The position numbers and the translations under genes are program-made. A stretch of DNA of 54,435 nt, filler included, from Bipalium vagum (lineage: Eukaryota), in assembly GCA_037834085.1 (NCBI GenBank). It is 3 parts of 3 records of this genome, joined end to end, with 100 filler letters (N's around TTAATTAATTAA, not from the genome) between each part and the next. Parts side by side here need not be neighbours in the genome. Positions count along the whole stretch, not along the records: positions 15,686 to 37,612 come from JBBMKC010229304.1; positions 37,713 to 54,435 come from JBBMKC010096642.1; 1 more part is not named here. One strand, written 5' to 3'. The notes below the pieces were generated by a model that worked only from the letters and a program-made list of their open reading frames with translations, made no database searches and was not told where the DNA came from. Shown here one piece after another: positions 25,155 to 39,250 of this stretch. Within the stretch, counting starts at the first letter, position 1. Every line of letters starts with the position of its first letter.

Positions 25155-27182
25155 TCAATATCATTTTTAAAGTAATAAAATAGATGTCAATTTTTAAAAT
25201 AAAATCTGTATATGCTACTTCTGACGTTTATTATATCATAAATTTTTTTTGTATGAAGGATCATTGTTATGTTATTAAATAGATTTATTATTGATATTAT
25301 ATATATCAGCATTATTGTTAAGAAAATCTTAAATTTTTCATAAATAAAAATTATGGTGCAAAATTTAAAACAAAACCTCTATTTTATAAATAGACACTAT
25401 TTCATAGTAAAAATTAGTCAGGAATATTTCCCAGAGAAAATTTCACATATTTCCTCATTATATCTTGAATAATAATTATTAATTTAATTACAACATTAAA
25501 TTCGAATATTAAATTTAATGAATTCCAATCTAAATAATTAATTTTAATTTTTTAATTACTTTTTCGATTTGTAGAAAAAATCGAAATTTTTGAATTAAAA
25601 CAAATGTCTATTTTATTTTAAAATAAAATTTTAAATGTAAAATAATTATTTTTATTGATTAATATTAACAAAATTAAATATTTTTGAGAATAATTTTTAA
25701 TTTAATTAATTAATTTTTTTAATGAATTTCTTTGCAATCCTGTTCTACTTTTCATATTTAACATTTATATTAATTATTAATTACAATATTATAATTAACA
25801 TTAATATTAATATGGTTATTTTGAAAATTTATTAAATTATATTACACATAAAGCTAAAATTGAACAAAAGTTTTAATAATCTAATAATAATAGAGTAAAG
25901 GTCTGATCAAACAATTAATAATAATATAAATAATAAATAATAATGATGTGATTCAAATATTATTATTATAATAAGAATAAACAATAATGAGAGACGAATT
26001 TTAAACGAATTTTAAAATGATATGATCATTTAATGAAAACAAGACCTATTTTATTTTATTGAACTTAAGAAGTGAAAAATGCTTTTAAAAATGAGCCAGA
26101 GTCAATAAATCCAAGGTTCTCTCTTTCAGTCTAAGATCTTATCACACAGAGATATTGAATTTATTAAAAATTGATTCATATATTCAGCATTTTCCCATTG
26201 TAATTTGACAATATGAGATCAACATTGTCGACAATCAAAGAAAACCTCTCTTGTATTGATCAAAAGAAAACTTTTCGAAACCTTGACAATAGGAAAATTT
26301 CTGGGAAAATAATTATTTTTTCCCATTTAAGTTTGATTTTTGGACATCGGTGCTCGTTTTTGGATTCCTCTGAAATATCCATTTCGGAAAAAATTCACTA
26401 ACCTGAAATGTTAATGTTTTTAAACAATTAAATCATACAAAATTTATAAAAAATATATTAAAATTTTTAAATTATATTTGGCAAATGAAAAAAAAATGAT
26501 GAGACCTGAAAAATTAATTATTATTTAATGTAGTTAATATAAGATTTTCATGTTATATAAATTTTTAAATCAATATTTTACAATATTTTATGATTTCAGT
26601 TAATAAAAAGAATTGAAAACCATTGTGCTTATTCAAGCATAGGAAGGAAATGATCAATATAAAAGTTCAATATTGGAATGAAAAATATGAAATCGTGGGT
26701 TATTATAAAAGTCACGGTTTTTACTTAAAATAGAGACCTTGGAACATCAAACAAGCCTGTGGTTTTCTCAGTGTTACCATATATTAAAAGATAGCTTATC
26801 TAAAAAGATTTTCTCCAAGATACCAGCTTTTAGTCTGAGAGTACCTCAAATTAACATTCAAAACAAGGTCGCATATGATTGGAAAGCCGAGTATAAAGAA
26901 AGAAAATGCTGGATGTTGGACCATGAGTATAAAATTCCTACAAAAATAAATCAAATTTTATGAAGAAAATATCAATAAATATTGAATCTTCATTAATATA
27001 AACCTCTCATTGAATAGCTCTATCAATAATGAAACCTATCTCTAGTGTTCTTATACCATTAAACTGCTTCAATATTATGTGATTTCTTGATGTTTTGAGT
27101 TCAATAATATGCATATTATAATAATTATAATATTGTTAAAAATTAATAATTTGAAAATACATTAAAACCTCCTTTAATATAT

Positions 27183-27560
27183 AAGGTTGCGGGAAAAGTA
27201 TTGTCGTTTTTTCATCTCGCAAATCAAAAGTTGATCAGTCACTATAAAAATTTTTTATTAATTAAAAAAATGACCATTAACGTCCATTTGTCAACATCAT
27301 ACGAGTTTCTGAATACCGTTTGAAAATTTCCGGATCACGGGACTCAATAAAAGAGGCTAAATTTGTTGAACATCATCCTGATATTTGAACTGTTTATTTC
27401 CAAAGAAACTGTCAAATGAGAGAAATAGATAATAATCTGTGCGAGATATATCTGGGGAATAAGATGGCTGAGGTAAAGCTTCGTAATTCAGTTCCTGAAA
27501 TTTTTGTAAAGTTAATTTAGCAACGTGCGGCTGAACGTTATCGTGGAAAAGTAATGGATA
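27183..27560 (-). mobile_element. Mariner 3' fragment
   Basis: HDNVQPHVAKLT and LPQPSYSPDISRTDYYLF. TIR-like TAAGGTTGCGGGAAAAGTATTGTCG. Confidence 0.85.
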
Positions 27561-29699
27561 TTTCTTTTACTTCATTAAAAATTAAATATAATAAAATTAT
27601 ATATATATAAAAACAAAGAGTAAAAAAAATAAAAAATAATTTAATTAAATCTAATATTAAAATATTATGAACATTATTTGAAAGAAAATGAATAGCATTG
27701 ATAACAGTCGCATTTTTTCATCACGGAAAGTATATTACTGATAAATAAAATAATAATTATTAAAATATAATGATACCTAACTAAAATTAGACAATTTCAA
27801 CAATGCCTGTCTGATATAAACAGATCAAAGTGTTATTTGTATAAAAATCATAAAATCATAAATTGTGCCACGTTGATTTTCAGGTTCGCAATTATTTTTT
27901 CCTCAAGATATCAATTAAAGTACAAAAGGTTTATACATTGTTCAATTTATTGAGAAAAATAATACGTTAAAAGATTTAAGGAAGACTTATGAAAATATTA
28001 TTTGAGACATGCTTTCCTGTCAACTTCATTTTAAGAAAAAACTGAAGAAAAAAGACAGACAGAAAGAGAGAAAGAAAAGAGTAAAGGGTGTAATTTTCAA
28101 GTTTTTCTTTTCTGAGTAAGGATCGTTTCTGGAAACATTTGACAATCAACAGCGTGACGGATCCACTGATTTTATTTATTTATTTATATAACATTAACAT
28201 CTTTGCTGATGTCATTCTAATTCGGTCGGAAAAGGAGAGAAATATTACCACTAATGATTTGACTTTCCTCTTGACTTGAAATATTTAATTTTCTTTCGGG
28301 AGGACGATATGCCTTCACATTTGTAAAAATAATCGTTTCACCTATTGACAAATTTTGATATTAAAATTTTTCATTTACTTTCGTCACAGAATCTGTCAGC
28401 TGTCAATTTTCAAATTTCTCTAATTCTTTAGACTTGCGATCAAAAAAAAATAAACGGATCAAAATATAAAAATAATTGAATAATCATTCCTTCACTTCAT
28501 CTGAATGCAGATTATATAAATTGGAAATTGGTAAGATGATCTAATTTTTATAAATAAATAAAATTGCATTTTTTCGTTTTATTTTAATTGACATTTTGAG
28601 ATTGTCTAATGTAATTTTCGTGCAAATATTTTAGAATAGTTTTAGTTAAATTAAAATTAAATAAATAAATACTCAAGTTCTTTTTTTATAGAAACATTTT
28701 ACAAATTTTTTTTTAAGTTAAAATTAAACATTTATTTATTTAGATTTAAAAATATCACGAGTTCTGATCATTTATATTTTTTTAAATATTTAATATATTA
28801 ATATTTAAAAAGAAAAATTTTGATTATCAATATTGATTTTTAAAATTTTTGTTTCAATTTCTTTTTATAAATAAAAAATATCATTATGATTTTGAAATAA
28901 TTCATTACATTTGAACGGAAAATTTAAAAAAAGAAAAGAAATTATCTTCATGTTAATTTTCATTAATTTTTCATTAATTTTAGGTTTCATTAAATTTTAT
29001 ATCTAAATTGTAATACTTTTTGATTATAAAATATTTTACAATGTAATGAAATCAATTATTTTTTTTTGAGATTTTATTACTATGGGCATAAATTTTCCTT
29101 TAGGAGACAAGTGAATTTTACTTTAATAGGAATTCCAATTATCGGTTTCTGATTTTGGTTTTAAAACCAGTTATTTTGCTAACTTTGAAATATTAATTTT
29201 AAACTAGTTAAAGTATACAAAATTAAGAAAAAAATCTTCATTACTTTATTTCAATGAAAATAATAAAAATATATGAAAATAAAAATTCATGTTTCCAGGA
29301 ATCGTTTTGGAAAATGCCTTTCACAAAAGACAGCTTCTAAAACAGTTAAAATGTTATTGGTTTAAATTATAATAAATTCTTTTATTTGAATTGATTGATT
29401 ATGTTTATTTCTTGTATATATTAAAAAGACGTTTCCAACATATAAATTATTTATTATATTCTAAATTATTATTTTTCTCAGAAAAATTGTCAAGTCGTAT
29501 AAATATCTAAATTCAACTTCTTTAGCTTTACACTACTTGAAATTCGTATCAATTAATTAAGAAAGAAAATAATATTTTTATTTTTTATTTTAAAATTAGT
29601 TTAATAATGTTTTTTATTATAATTTTTATAGCAATTCTCATAAACTTATCCACAAAAAGTACATTATAAAACGAGATTTTAACAAAAAAATGTAGTCAT

Positions 29700-30450
29700 C
29701 ATATAAACCCATTATTTGACGATTAATATTTAGTATGGCCTTCTCTTTTGTCGATACATTCTTGTATTTCATTCTTGTCGCCATATGATAATAATTTTGT
29801 CTGACACGTGGACCATGATCAACTCAAGCATGTTCGATAGGTGACATATTAGAAGATTGTGGTGGCCATGAAAGTAGTGATAGATTTCTGGCACAAAAAG
29901 TATCAGTCAACATTTTAGCAGTGCGGATTTGCATTATCATCCTGCAGCACATGATTGTGTTTTTTTGTACTTGGAATACTGTGCTACTTGAAAATTCCAT
30001 AAGGTATCGCGCACAAGTTAATGAATCATCAATAATAAGTAAAGTTTTTTTACTCTCCAACCATATACCAGATCATGATATTTCCACAATCATGCCGATC
30101 ATGGTTCTTAATACAACAATTTACAAATTTCTCATTTAGGGAGATGTTTGGCGGTTGACATGCAAATGTTAATACTGCTGGAAGCTTCTATGATGAATAT
30201 ATTTTTCAAATGTATACATGAATGGAAGTGAGCATGTGAATTTAAATGTGAATATGAATATTTGAATATCAATTTAAAATAATTAAATGTTATGCTTAAT
30301 TGATTGAGTTCAAATATGAATATTTTTTCACAGGTTTTGTGGTTACTTTTATTGAAGTTGTAGACAAATACCTTGATAAAAATGGTTTTCATGAAAGAGG
30401 CATTCATTTCTTTGCTTATTAAAGTCCTAATCGTTGTTTGGATTGTGACA
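29700..30450 (-). mobile_element. Degenerate Tc1 (DD34E) transposase
   Basis: QDDNANPH followed by LSWPPQSSNMSPIEHA. Confidence 0.8.
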
Positions 30451-30691
30451 AGAATTTGTTAAAGAGAGATTAAATTTTCATTAGCGTGTGGTTTGTTAAA
30501 TTTATTTTAATTTTAATTTTTATGTAAAATATTTTTATTTTAATTGAAATTTTAATGAAAATTTGAATTAAACTAACTGGTCTCAATTTTCTCAATAAAA
30601 AATTGAATTTTAAAGTATAATTGAAATATATATAATTCGTCCTTTTAAACACACTTAAAAAGTTTACTTAATTTATTTTACAAAACATATT

Positions 30692-31570
30692 ATTAGATTA
30701 GTGCGAAATTAATGGCAACTGTTTCTCATATATTGTCATACATAATTTTAATTTTATTTGTTTATTAAAATTTGTTAAGAAATCCTTTCAAAACCAGAAA
30801 TTCGGATAATGTTATTTATCGAATTCACACTTTGTTGTAATGCTACGGAAGCGGCAAGAAACGTAATCCAGACATTGAGTGATCAAGCAGCTTCTGAACG
30901 AAACACACTCAGATGTTTTGAAATACCAACCTCGAAGATGAAAGGGTGTGGAAGTCCATCAGAGGTTGATATTCAGTTGAAAATAAGTACTGAAGACCTA
31001 AGGAAAAAACACAGAAAATTGCGAAAAACATCAAAGTTCAGCATACAACAGCTCTGTGCCAAATGATTTGCTCAATGGTTGGTTAATGATGAGTTCCCAC
31101 GACAATTCCCAAAGCCAATATAAAACACGAAATTGGTTATGGTGAGTGTTTGGTGGTCGGCCTTTCATCACAGGTTTTTGAAATCTGTTGAGATCATTAC
31201 TGCCGAGAGCAATGATCGACTTGAGATGTAATGAACAAAAAGTTTCTCCGAAAAAACCAACTTTAGTCTATAGGATAGATCCTATATTGGTTTATGACAA
31301 AAAGTGACCAGACATATCAAACATCACTCGACAAAATGGTATTATCTTGAATAGAAACACTTGACCTGGCTCCTTACAAACTTTAACCTATTTAAGCACC
31401 TGAGGTTATTTATGCGTGGGAAACAGTTAAAAACTTTGAGAATTTTAAAAATGCATTCATGGAATTTGTCGGTACCAGAAGTCCAGATTTTTATGCAGTT
31501 GTCATAAATATGGCAATTTCGAGTTATCAGAAGTTTATTAAATTGATCACATCATACCTTGATTAATATA
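30692..31570 (+). mobile_element. Degenerate mariner
   Basis: TIR-like TTAGATTAGTGCGAAATTAATGGC. Pieces EFTLCCNATEAARN, VMVSVWWS, DLAP...LFKHL and SPDFYAV. Confidence 0.85.
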
Positions 31571-31639
31571 GACCTGTTTGAACCGAAATTTTGAATTTTA
31601 AATTATTTGCTATAAAGATTTTGCGATAGTGATTTGAAA

Positions 31640-31910
31640 AGTTCGGTGAATATTAAATGCGGCGGTACCAAATTTATCATAACCATAGATTTAAATTGAT
31701 TCAGGTTGCTGAAGCTACAGGCATCTCAAAAGAACGTGTTCAACACACCTTGCATGAACAATTTGAGGCACCTGTATGCTAGATGGGTTTTGCAAATTCG
31801 AATCAATGCTTGCAGCTTACACAACATCATCCAGATTTCTTCAATCAGTTTATCACTGTGGACGACATCTGGCTTCATTATTACGCCGAACTTTTCGACC
31901 CATTCTCGTA
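31640..31910 (+). mobile_element. Second mariner fragment (linker and first Asp region)
   Basis: LYARWV and DFFNQFITVDDIWLHYY. Confidence 0.75.
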
Positions 31911-32534
31911 TCATACTATGACTATCACCACAAATGATAATAATAATTTTTATTATTATATCATTTTTAAGATACCACGTATATTATTATTTTTCATAAA
32001 ATATTAATCAAAATCTTATATAAAATTTAAATATGATTTTATTTTGGTTTTAAAAACATATTCTTTCCATAATAATAAATAAATAATATTTATAAAAACA
32101 AATAATATAATCAATGTGTTTATGTTAAGTTATTTTTATTTATAGGTTTTCCCTAACTTTTATGAACTTCACAGAACTATAGGAATAATTTTATTTGTTC
32201 CTTATTTTATTTATTACAACATCTGGAATAAATATTTTCATTAGTTTTACTTTTTAAATTATTGCTGTTTTATTTATCTATTTTATATTTGTTTTTAAAG
32301 AAAAGGACATTTTACAATATTAGGTTCTCTATAGATTATGAGTTTTTATTTATGTAACAAAAATGTTTTCGTACAAATTTATTAGGAAATACTCTTGTAA
32401 ATATGTAAGCAAGTTGTAGAAATAAGAATTTATATTTGTGTCAATTTTGTTTCATTTATATATTTTTTGAGTTAACGCTGACTAAAGGTTTTCTTGAGAT
32501 ATTACAAAGGCAGAATAATATTGCAATTTGATAA

Positions 32535-32870
32535 TATTGTGTTGATAAATAAGTCCGTTCAGTATATATAATAAACATCAAAATATAAATTGATAAAAAC
32601 AATTTCAGTCATCTATGTATTATCCATTTCGATTAACGACTTCCTCCATCTTTGTACCAATTTCATTATTACTCGCTCGTAGAACTCCTTGGGTATTTTT
32701 CAAAGAGTCATAATTCATTATCTCTGAAAGATTTCCCAATCAAAAAATTTTGCAGCCACTTAAATAAATGGTGGTTGTTAGGAATCCAGTCCGGTGAGCA
32801 TAATAGATAAAGAAAACATCACACCAAAGCTTCCAGTACGACGAAAGATTGCTACCATTGTCGATCTGCA
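32535..32870 (-). mobile_element. Mariner 3' fragment
   Basis: Degenerate SPD...HHLFKWLQ and KEFYERVIMKLVQRWRKS. TIR-like TGTGTTGATAAATAAGTCCG. Confidence 0.7.
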
Positions 32871-33929
32871 AATCCACGTACTGGCGATTTGATTAAATTT
32901 GGTTTTATTTAATATTTAAATTGTTTTTATTTAAATGTTTAGTCTTTAGTTATTAGTAAGTACTTAGAATAACAACGAGAAAATTAATCTATTCAATAAA
33001 TTAGGATAGAGAGCATTTTTCTGTTTCAAAGCTAAAATTTAAGACCTGAACATATTTTAAATATCAAAATTACCGATATGAAATTCATATTTAAATTATT
33101 GATTTTCGATTTTTAAATAATGAAATACCATTTTAAACTAATAAAATCGAAATATTTATATATAAATAAAGAAAACAAAAGCAACAAGCATTTTTTCTTC
33201 AACAAGGTTCTTCATTTGAAAACTCGATGAATAATATTTATCTACCTTTTTGTGAAGCTTAAAATTTTTTTAACGTTCAAGATATCTTTGTAAGTGCATT
33301 CTTCATACTTTCCATTATATCCTCCTTTTAAATTAAAAATTAGTCTTTTGAAGACAATGTAAATTGAATTCTCTGCTACTCAATGATAAGCACTCAGTTT
33401 TAATATGATATTTTTCCGCTTAAAAAACAAATAAAAAGTTCCCCTTAACAATATTTAAGTACCATTTGACAGTCTTCGCCAATCACGTTTTATTTGACTC
33501 GTCCATTTTTAAAATTTACATAATTTTTTTTTCATAATAATTAAACAATTTTTATTTGTGAATTTCATAACTTTAATTTTCATTTTTTCAATTTTAATTT
33601 ATATTTTCATATACTTACATCATTTATCCTGGAATGGAGGCTGTGATATTAACCAAGTTCGACTATATCGAATTTTGAATGTCAAACTTTAGTTTTCTAT
33701 TTCAAAACTTAAATTTTCTATTTCATAAGTTTAATTTAGAAATGTAAATAGTAGTGCTACTTAGATAAAAGAATTTAGTCAATAATTAAAAAAGTATTAA
33801 AATATTTAAATTAACAGATTCTGAAAAATTATTGATTTTTTATTAAAATCAATTTGAATAAATTTAAGAAAAATGTGTTTCTTATTGTCCAATGTTAATA
33901 GCAAATTAATTAATTAATGAAAACTGTTT

Positions 33930-35030
33930 TATATTAACCATCGTACTATGGAAGAGGCCTACATTAAACTTTCATTTTCCTAACAATTTTGATCTATTGA
34001 TTTTTGGCTTCCCATCCATTTTTGTGTACTTTTTAACTCAAAAAATACCGAGAAATGTCCGGAAATGTTTTAAAATGAGCGCACATTTTCTCAAGATTTT
34101 TGTTACGCATGTTAATAATCTCAAAATATTCTGTGATCTAACAGGTCAATCATTTAGATAAATGAATACAGGCAATAATTTTGATTAATAATTTCGGATT
34201 AAAGATAACATTTTTTATAATAATTTTTTAATTCTTTCATGACACCCATATCAAAAGTTTGAATGAGTGTAATATTGCTCTTAGGCAAACAATATCATTA
34301 CTATACTGCTTAATTCCATTTTATGTTGGTAACAAAATTTTTTTATTCAAAAATTTCATATGTTCATTACGATCGAATATCCAAGAACTAAAAATATCAT
34401 TTTCATTTGTCATCTACACTTTTTTATTCCAGTAATATTGAACTCCAAAAATTTTTTGGTTAATCTTTTTAAAGAATATTGGATTTTTGTACTTCCTTAT
34501 TATTAAAGGATCTAATTTCTCACCATACTCACCTGAAAAATATTTTTTAAATAGGTAACATATTTTTAAAAACATTTTCTTATTAATAATTACTGATTAA
34601 TAATTTTATCATTAATCCTCCAGTAATATATATCTAAGATTTCTTCACAATCCGAAAGAAAATCGATTTCAAATTTTTCAGATTAACGAAGCTTAATAAA
34701 AGCTACTATTACTTTTTTTCACGAGTGATGGAATAATTAAACCAAAATTTTAATTTAAAATATTTATTTATTTTTATCTACATTAAAATTATAATTTTTA
34801 TTTGCTTGGGAGACCATTTTCATTTTTTAAAAATACAAATATTTGGTTGTCCAGAATGACATTTGTAGTTAATAATATTGCCAACTTTATTAGCTGATTA
34901 TTTTTACATTTAGTAATACTTTACCATTCAACTTTTTGTGTTTGTAATTTATGTATTTCTCATATTCAAAGTTATCTTTGTAAGGTGAAAAATGGTTAAT
35001 CAATTTTATTTTTTAAAAAATATCTGAAAT
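33930..35030 (-). mobile_element. Degenerate pogo/Tigger (DDE_1) transposase
   Basis: GEKLDPLIIRKYKNPIF resembles GEKLKPLVIGKSKxPRCF, and IQTFDMGVMKEL resembles LQPLDQGII. Boundaries are approximate. Confidence 0.7.
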
Positions 35031-35059
35031 GTACATCATTATGAAGTATGAAACATTCA

Positions 35060-35882
35060 TAGGGTATCTGACTTTCGTGTTAGTACACAGCAGACAATAT
35101 CAAGTTGATTCAAAAAATTTCGTACAAATAATTTTATCTCATAAATGAGCCATGTTGTCGCTCAGAATTAAAGATCCGTAATTACGATGAATCTAACCCA
35201 TCCCAGAGTGCCAATGAATTGTCGTGAAGTTTGGTGTCAAGAAACAATGTAATATCGTTTAACTCAGATATACAGATGAAAAAATTGAAATCCATGAAAA
35301 ACAGCAACAAAAGCATTTGCAGGCATGCCTAGTGTTGCTTTCTCGAAATAAATCTTATGTATTTTTTTAATAGAATTTTCACTTTTTACCAAAAATGTAT
35401 CAGATATGAAAATTAAGAACTTTTATTATAGTGATTGGACAAATATGAACTACCAAAACACACCCTGAATTTTATTATTCATCAAAAGAAGCTGTCAGCG
35501 AGTGTTTGTCTGTCTAGCGTGGGCATGATTTATTATGCATTCATGAAACCGGGCTTATTGAGCACAGCAGAATAAACTGTAATCAACTGGACAAAATGAT
35601 GCAAAAACTTTTGAAAAAACCCAGAATAATTAACAGATAATTCCTATCTAAGTTAGACTGCACAACTGACTGGCAAAATTACAGAAATAGAAAATAATTA
35701 ATAACCCTTTATACGCGCCAGCCATAGCCCCACACTGACTATTGTTTTTTCAGTAATTTGAAAATTTCGCTTAAATGGCACATGTGTATAGGTAATATGA
35801 ATGCATACTAGTATGAATAACATAAATTCCTGTATTTTTAATTTATCAATAAACTTCGTATTTTATATTTGACAACCTGATA
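35060..35882 (+). mobile_element. Degenerate mariner
   Basis: SSVGMIYYAFMKPG and YAPAIAP-TDYCFFSNL. Right TIR-like TTATATTTGACAACCTGATA. Confidence 0.7.
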
Positions 35883-37404
35883 AAATTTTAGATTCTTTTA
35901 AGACATAAGTAATTATCTTAATTTTTTCCACATATTTATCTAAAATAATTTTTAATACATTTTCTCTCTGAGAGTTAAATTTTTAATTTTATTTACCATA
36001 ACATTTAAGTGAGCATATTAATAAAATATAAGAAATCGATGTTATAATGTGTTAATTCATTTTGAATTTTTCTCACTGTCAATTTAATCATAGTTCATAG
36101 TTTAATCATCAATTCATTCATATTTTATTTTATGATTTTAATCAATATCATGAAAATGTTTAAAGATGAAAAAAATATACATTTTGGGACTTATCACGGG
36201 CATGATAAAAAGAATAATGTTTCGCTTTTATAATTCAATTATTGTCAAAAGATAGAGGACAAAATAACCAACTGGGTACAACTGATAGTACTCTTTAAGC
36301 TACGCAGGAGAAATTCAGTGTTTCTCTATTCTACTTCTTTAAAACATCAAACTATATAAAATACATGATACAAAAAATCCTAACCAAAGCTAAAATGGGA
36401 TCGATTATAGAAAGAATATGCAAGAATATTTATTTATAAATACATCTTCATTTTATCAATAACAAATAAATACATTAAATCCTTTCGATTGTTCTAAACT
36501 TCTTAAATTATTCTTTATAAATTAATAACATTCATGTTATCATGAAGTATCAATAAATAAGTTCAATTTATTTTTAATTAATAGTAGATTAAAGAATAGC
36601 CTTAAACTGTTTTAACAAAGTTAACTTAGAACATGATTATTAGTTATTTTAAATATTATTATCTAATCATATTGCACAGTGGAAGAAAACAAAGCGCATT
36701 AGCTGTTCCAATTTCAAATTTTTCTTTCTCTAAGATTTACCCAAATTCTTCCTTTACAGAACTTGTTCTGACACCCTGTTAGGTGCACTTCGATCTTTAC
36801 AAAGAATTTCAGATATTTATAGAATATGTTCTTCAGATCTTTTCGTAAATAAAAGAAAATCTTAAATAATTTATTTTCTATCTTACAATCTAGAATACTA
36901 TTTAAATATATATTTAATAATAATAAATTTTAATCATCTGTAATGTTTCGGTGGTACTTTTAACTGTTACGATCCTCAAAAAGGTCAGAGCAAGTCAAAA
37001 ATAATGAGGTCTTAAGGTGATAGGTTGTGCTTTAAAACGTATTTGAGAAATTATTAAGTGATATAACTGAATCAACTCAAATTTATGAAATTTATATTTA
37101 AATTATGACAAGGTTATTTTATTATTTTTACAAAAAAGTTTTCATATTATCCGTGATTTTCTAAAAGAAATATTTTTAACCCTTTGTAATTTTCAGAAAG
37201 ATAATTTTCTCGCACTTAGGTTCAGAAATCCTCAGTGAAATATTTGATTCACCACCATACTTAATGTGTGAATCACACAAAAAAAACAAGTGCAAGGATT
37301 TGTAAACAAGTTGATCATAGGATGCTGAGTCTTTAATTCCATGAATTGGTTTCATAAAAAGCAGTGGTGCCTTTACTACTGTACAAATAACAACAACAAA
37401 ACCA

Positions 37405-37407
37405 ATA

Positions 37408-37450
<43 letters not shown>

Positions 37451-37612
37451 CTAGATGTTAATTAATTATATTGATTAATTTGTTTATATTAAATATTACT
37501 ATTATTATAATTTTTATCATCATTATTATTATTACTATTACTATTATTATTACTATTATTATTACTATTATTATTACTATTATTATTACTATTATTATTA
37601 CTATTATTATTA
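37405..37612. repeat. (AAT)n and (ATTACTATTATT)n simple repeats beside a gap
   Basis: Read directly. Confidence 0.9.
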
Positions 37613-37712
37613 NNNNNNNNNNNNNNNNNNNNNNNNNNNNNNNNNNNNNNNNNNNNTTAATTAATTAANNNNNNNNNNNNNNNNNNNNNNNNNNNNNNNN
37701 NNNNNNNNNNNN
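37613..37712. other. Assembly gap with TTAATTAATTAA linker
   Basis: N block with a central 12-mer. Confidence 0.97.
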
Positions 37713-37799
37713 AAAGTACTTATAATTATATATTTTCATCATTTTATCGAAATTTTAGAGGTGGCCAAAAACATATGGACGGCATTGTACTTTTTCCAA

Positions 37800-39250
37800 C
37801 GCTTCAACCTATTTGGTATACATTTCACATCAGTAAAACAATTAATCACTTTTGGGTCTGTTTAAACTAGGCGGTTCTTATTTCTTAGGCTTTAACATCA
37901 GCGGATTCACAACTTATTTCAAAGGCAGGTTCATATCCAGAAAATTTCATAAACAAAAAATGCAATTTTTTCAAATCAATGTCTCTATTATCGACTGCAT
38001 ATGACACTATATGATCTTTTTCGCTTTCGGTTCGTTGATCTAACACGGCTACAACATATTCACTCTCATCTATCATCAAGAAAAATATCATTTAAAATAT
38101 TCAGATTCTTAATATTCGCTCCTTGTTTTACTGGTCTTTTAATTGTCCTAAATCTTGTTTTTTCTCTCTCTCCATACAAAAATATTTTCATGTTTTTCAA
38201 ACACATTTATCACTCTTTCTCTACTTGCTTTTCTCTTTCGCATTTTACTTTGGTTTTTTTAATAAATTATTAATTGGTGATGACATCAAACTAATCCAAA
38301 AGAACCATCTGACCTATCTGATGTGCTAGGCTGCATCAACATTTGGAATGTTTTTGATTTCTCCGGATCTGGTCGAATCTGTGATCTAAATACTATGTGT
38401 TCGACATATTTTACTCTGAGTTCCACAAAACATATTACTTTCCTCAGAAAGTTGATACTTTCCTCTACTATTTCTTTCTCTGCCTGTTAGAATTTTGTTA
38501 CTGATTTTGGTAAATTTCTTTTAACTAAACAAAAATATAAAATAATTGAATAAGAGAATGAGATTGTGTGTAATATTTATTAATGATATCACAACTACAA
38601 TAACTGAAGTGATGGAGATACTTCCTTTCTTTCCTAAAGTTTTATTTGTCATTAAATATAGTCTGATAATCCATCACAAAAGTTAGCATATAATTGTGTT
38701 ACTGAGTTTTGGACAACGGAGATTCAATATTCTATTTAAACATTGAGTGAAAGTCAGAGAGTGCTCCACAAGTATTTATTTATATTTTTCAATATTAAAT
38801 ATCTTTAATTAAACTGACTCAGGTTCGAGTACTTAGTGCAATTCATAACAATCAGTAAAGCAATAACATGAATTTATATCAGTGTTCAAAGGTACTCGAA
38901 GGATAGTAATAAAACTTTATCAATTTGTGAAAGAGTCAAAATAACAATGATAGCAACCACCAAATTGTCAAATAGGTATGAGGATAATAATAATGCTGAT
39001 CATCAAATTGTTTAATTGAACATTCACACAATTCGTCAATAATCAAATGTAGTAAGCAAATTATAATAAAAAATGAAAAATCAATTAATTAATAATTAAA
39101 TATTAAATTAACAAGTAAAATAAATGAAATGTTAAGAAAATACCTTACGAGATAACTCTTGTCCAAATTACCGAACTCTCAGCAGAGTCTAGAGATACCT
39201 CACTAATTGATTGGCAAAATTCGAATTCGTTTCAAATTAATTTTCTGATT
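37800..39250 (-). mobile_element. Highly degenerate Gypsy internal region
   Basis: FFLMIDESEYVVAVLDQRTESEKDHIVSYA resembles retrotransposon RNase H FxLxTDASxYAVGAVLxQ...HxVAYA. The full extent is a guess. Confidence 0.5.

Noticed and set aside
26739-26963. 74-aa ORF vaguely piggyBac-like
   Set aside because: No diagnostic GGVDxxD motif; too weak to call.
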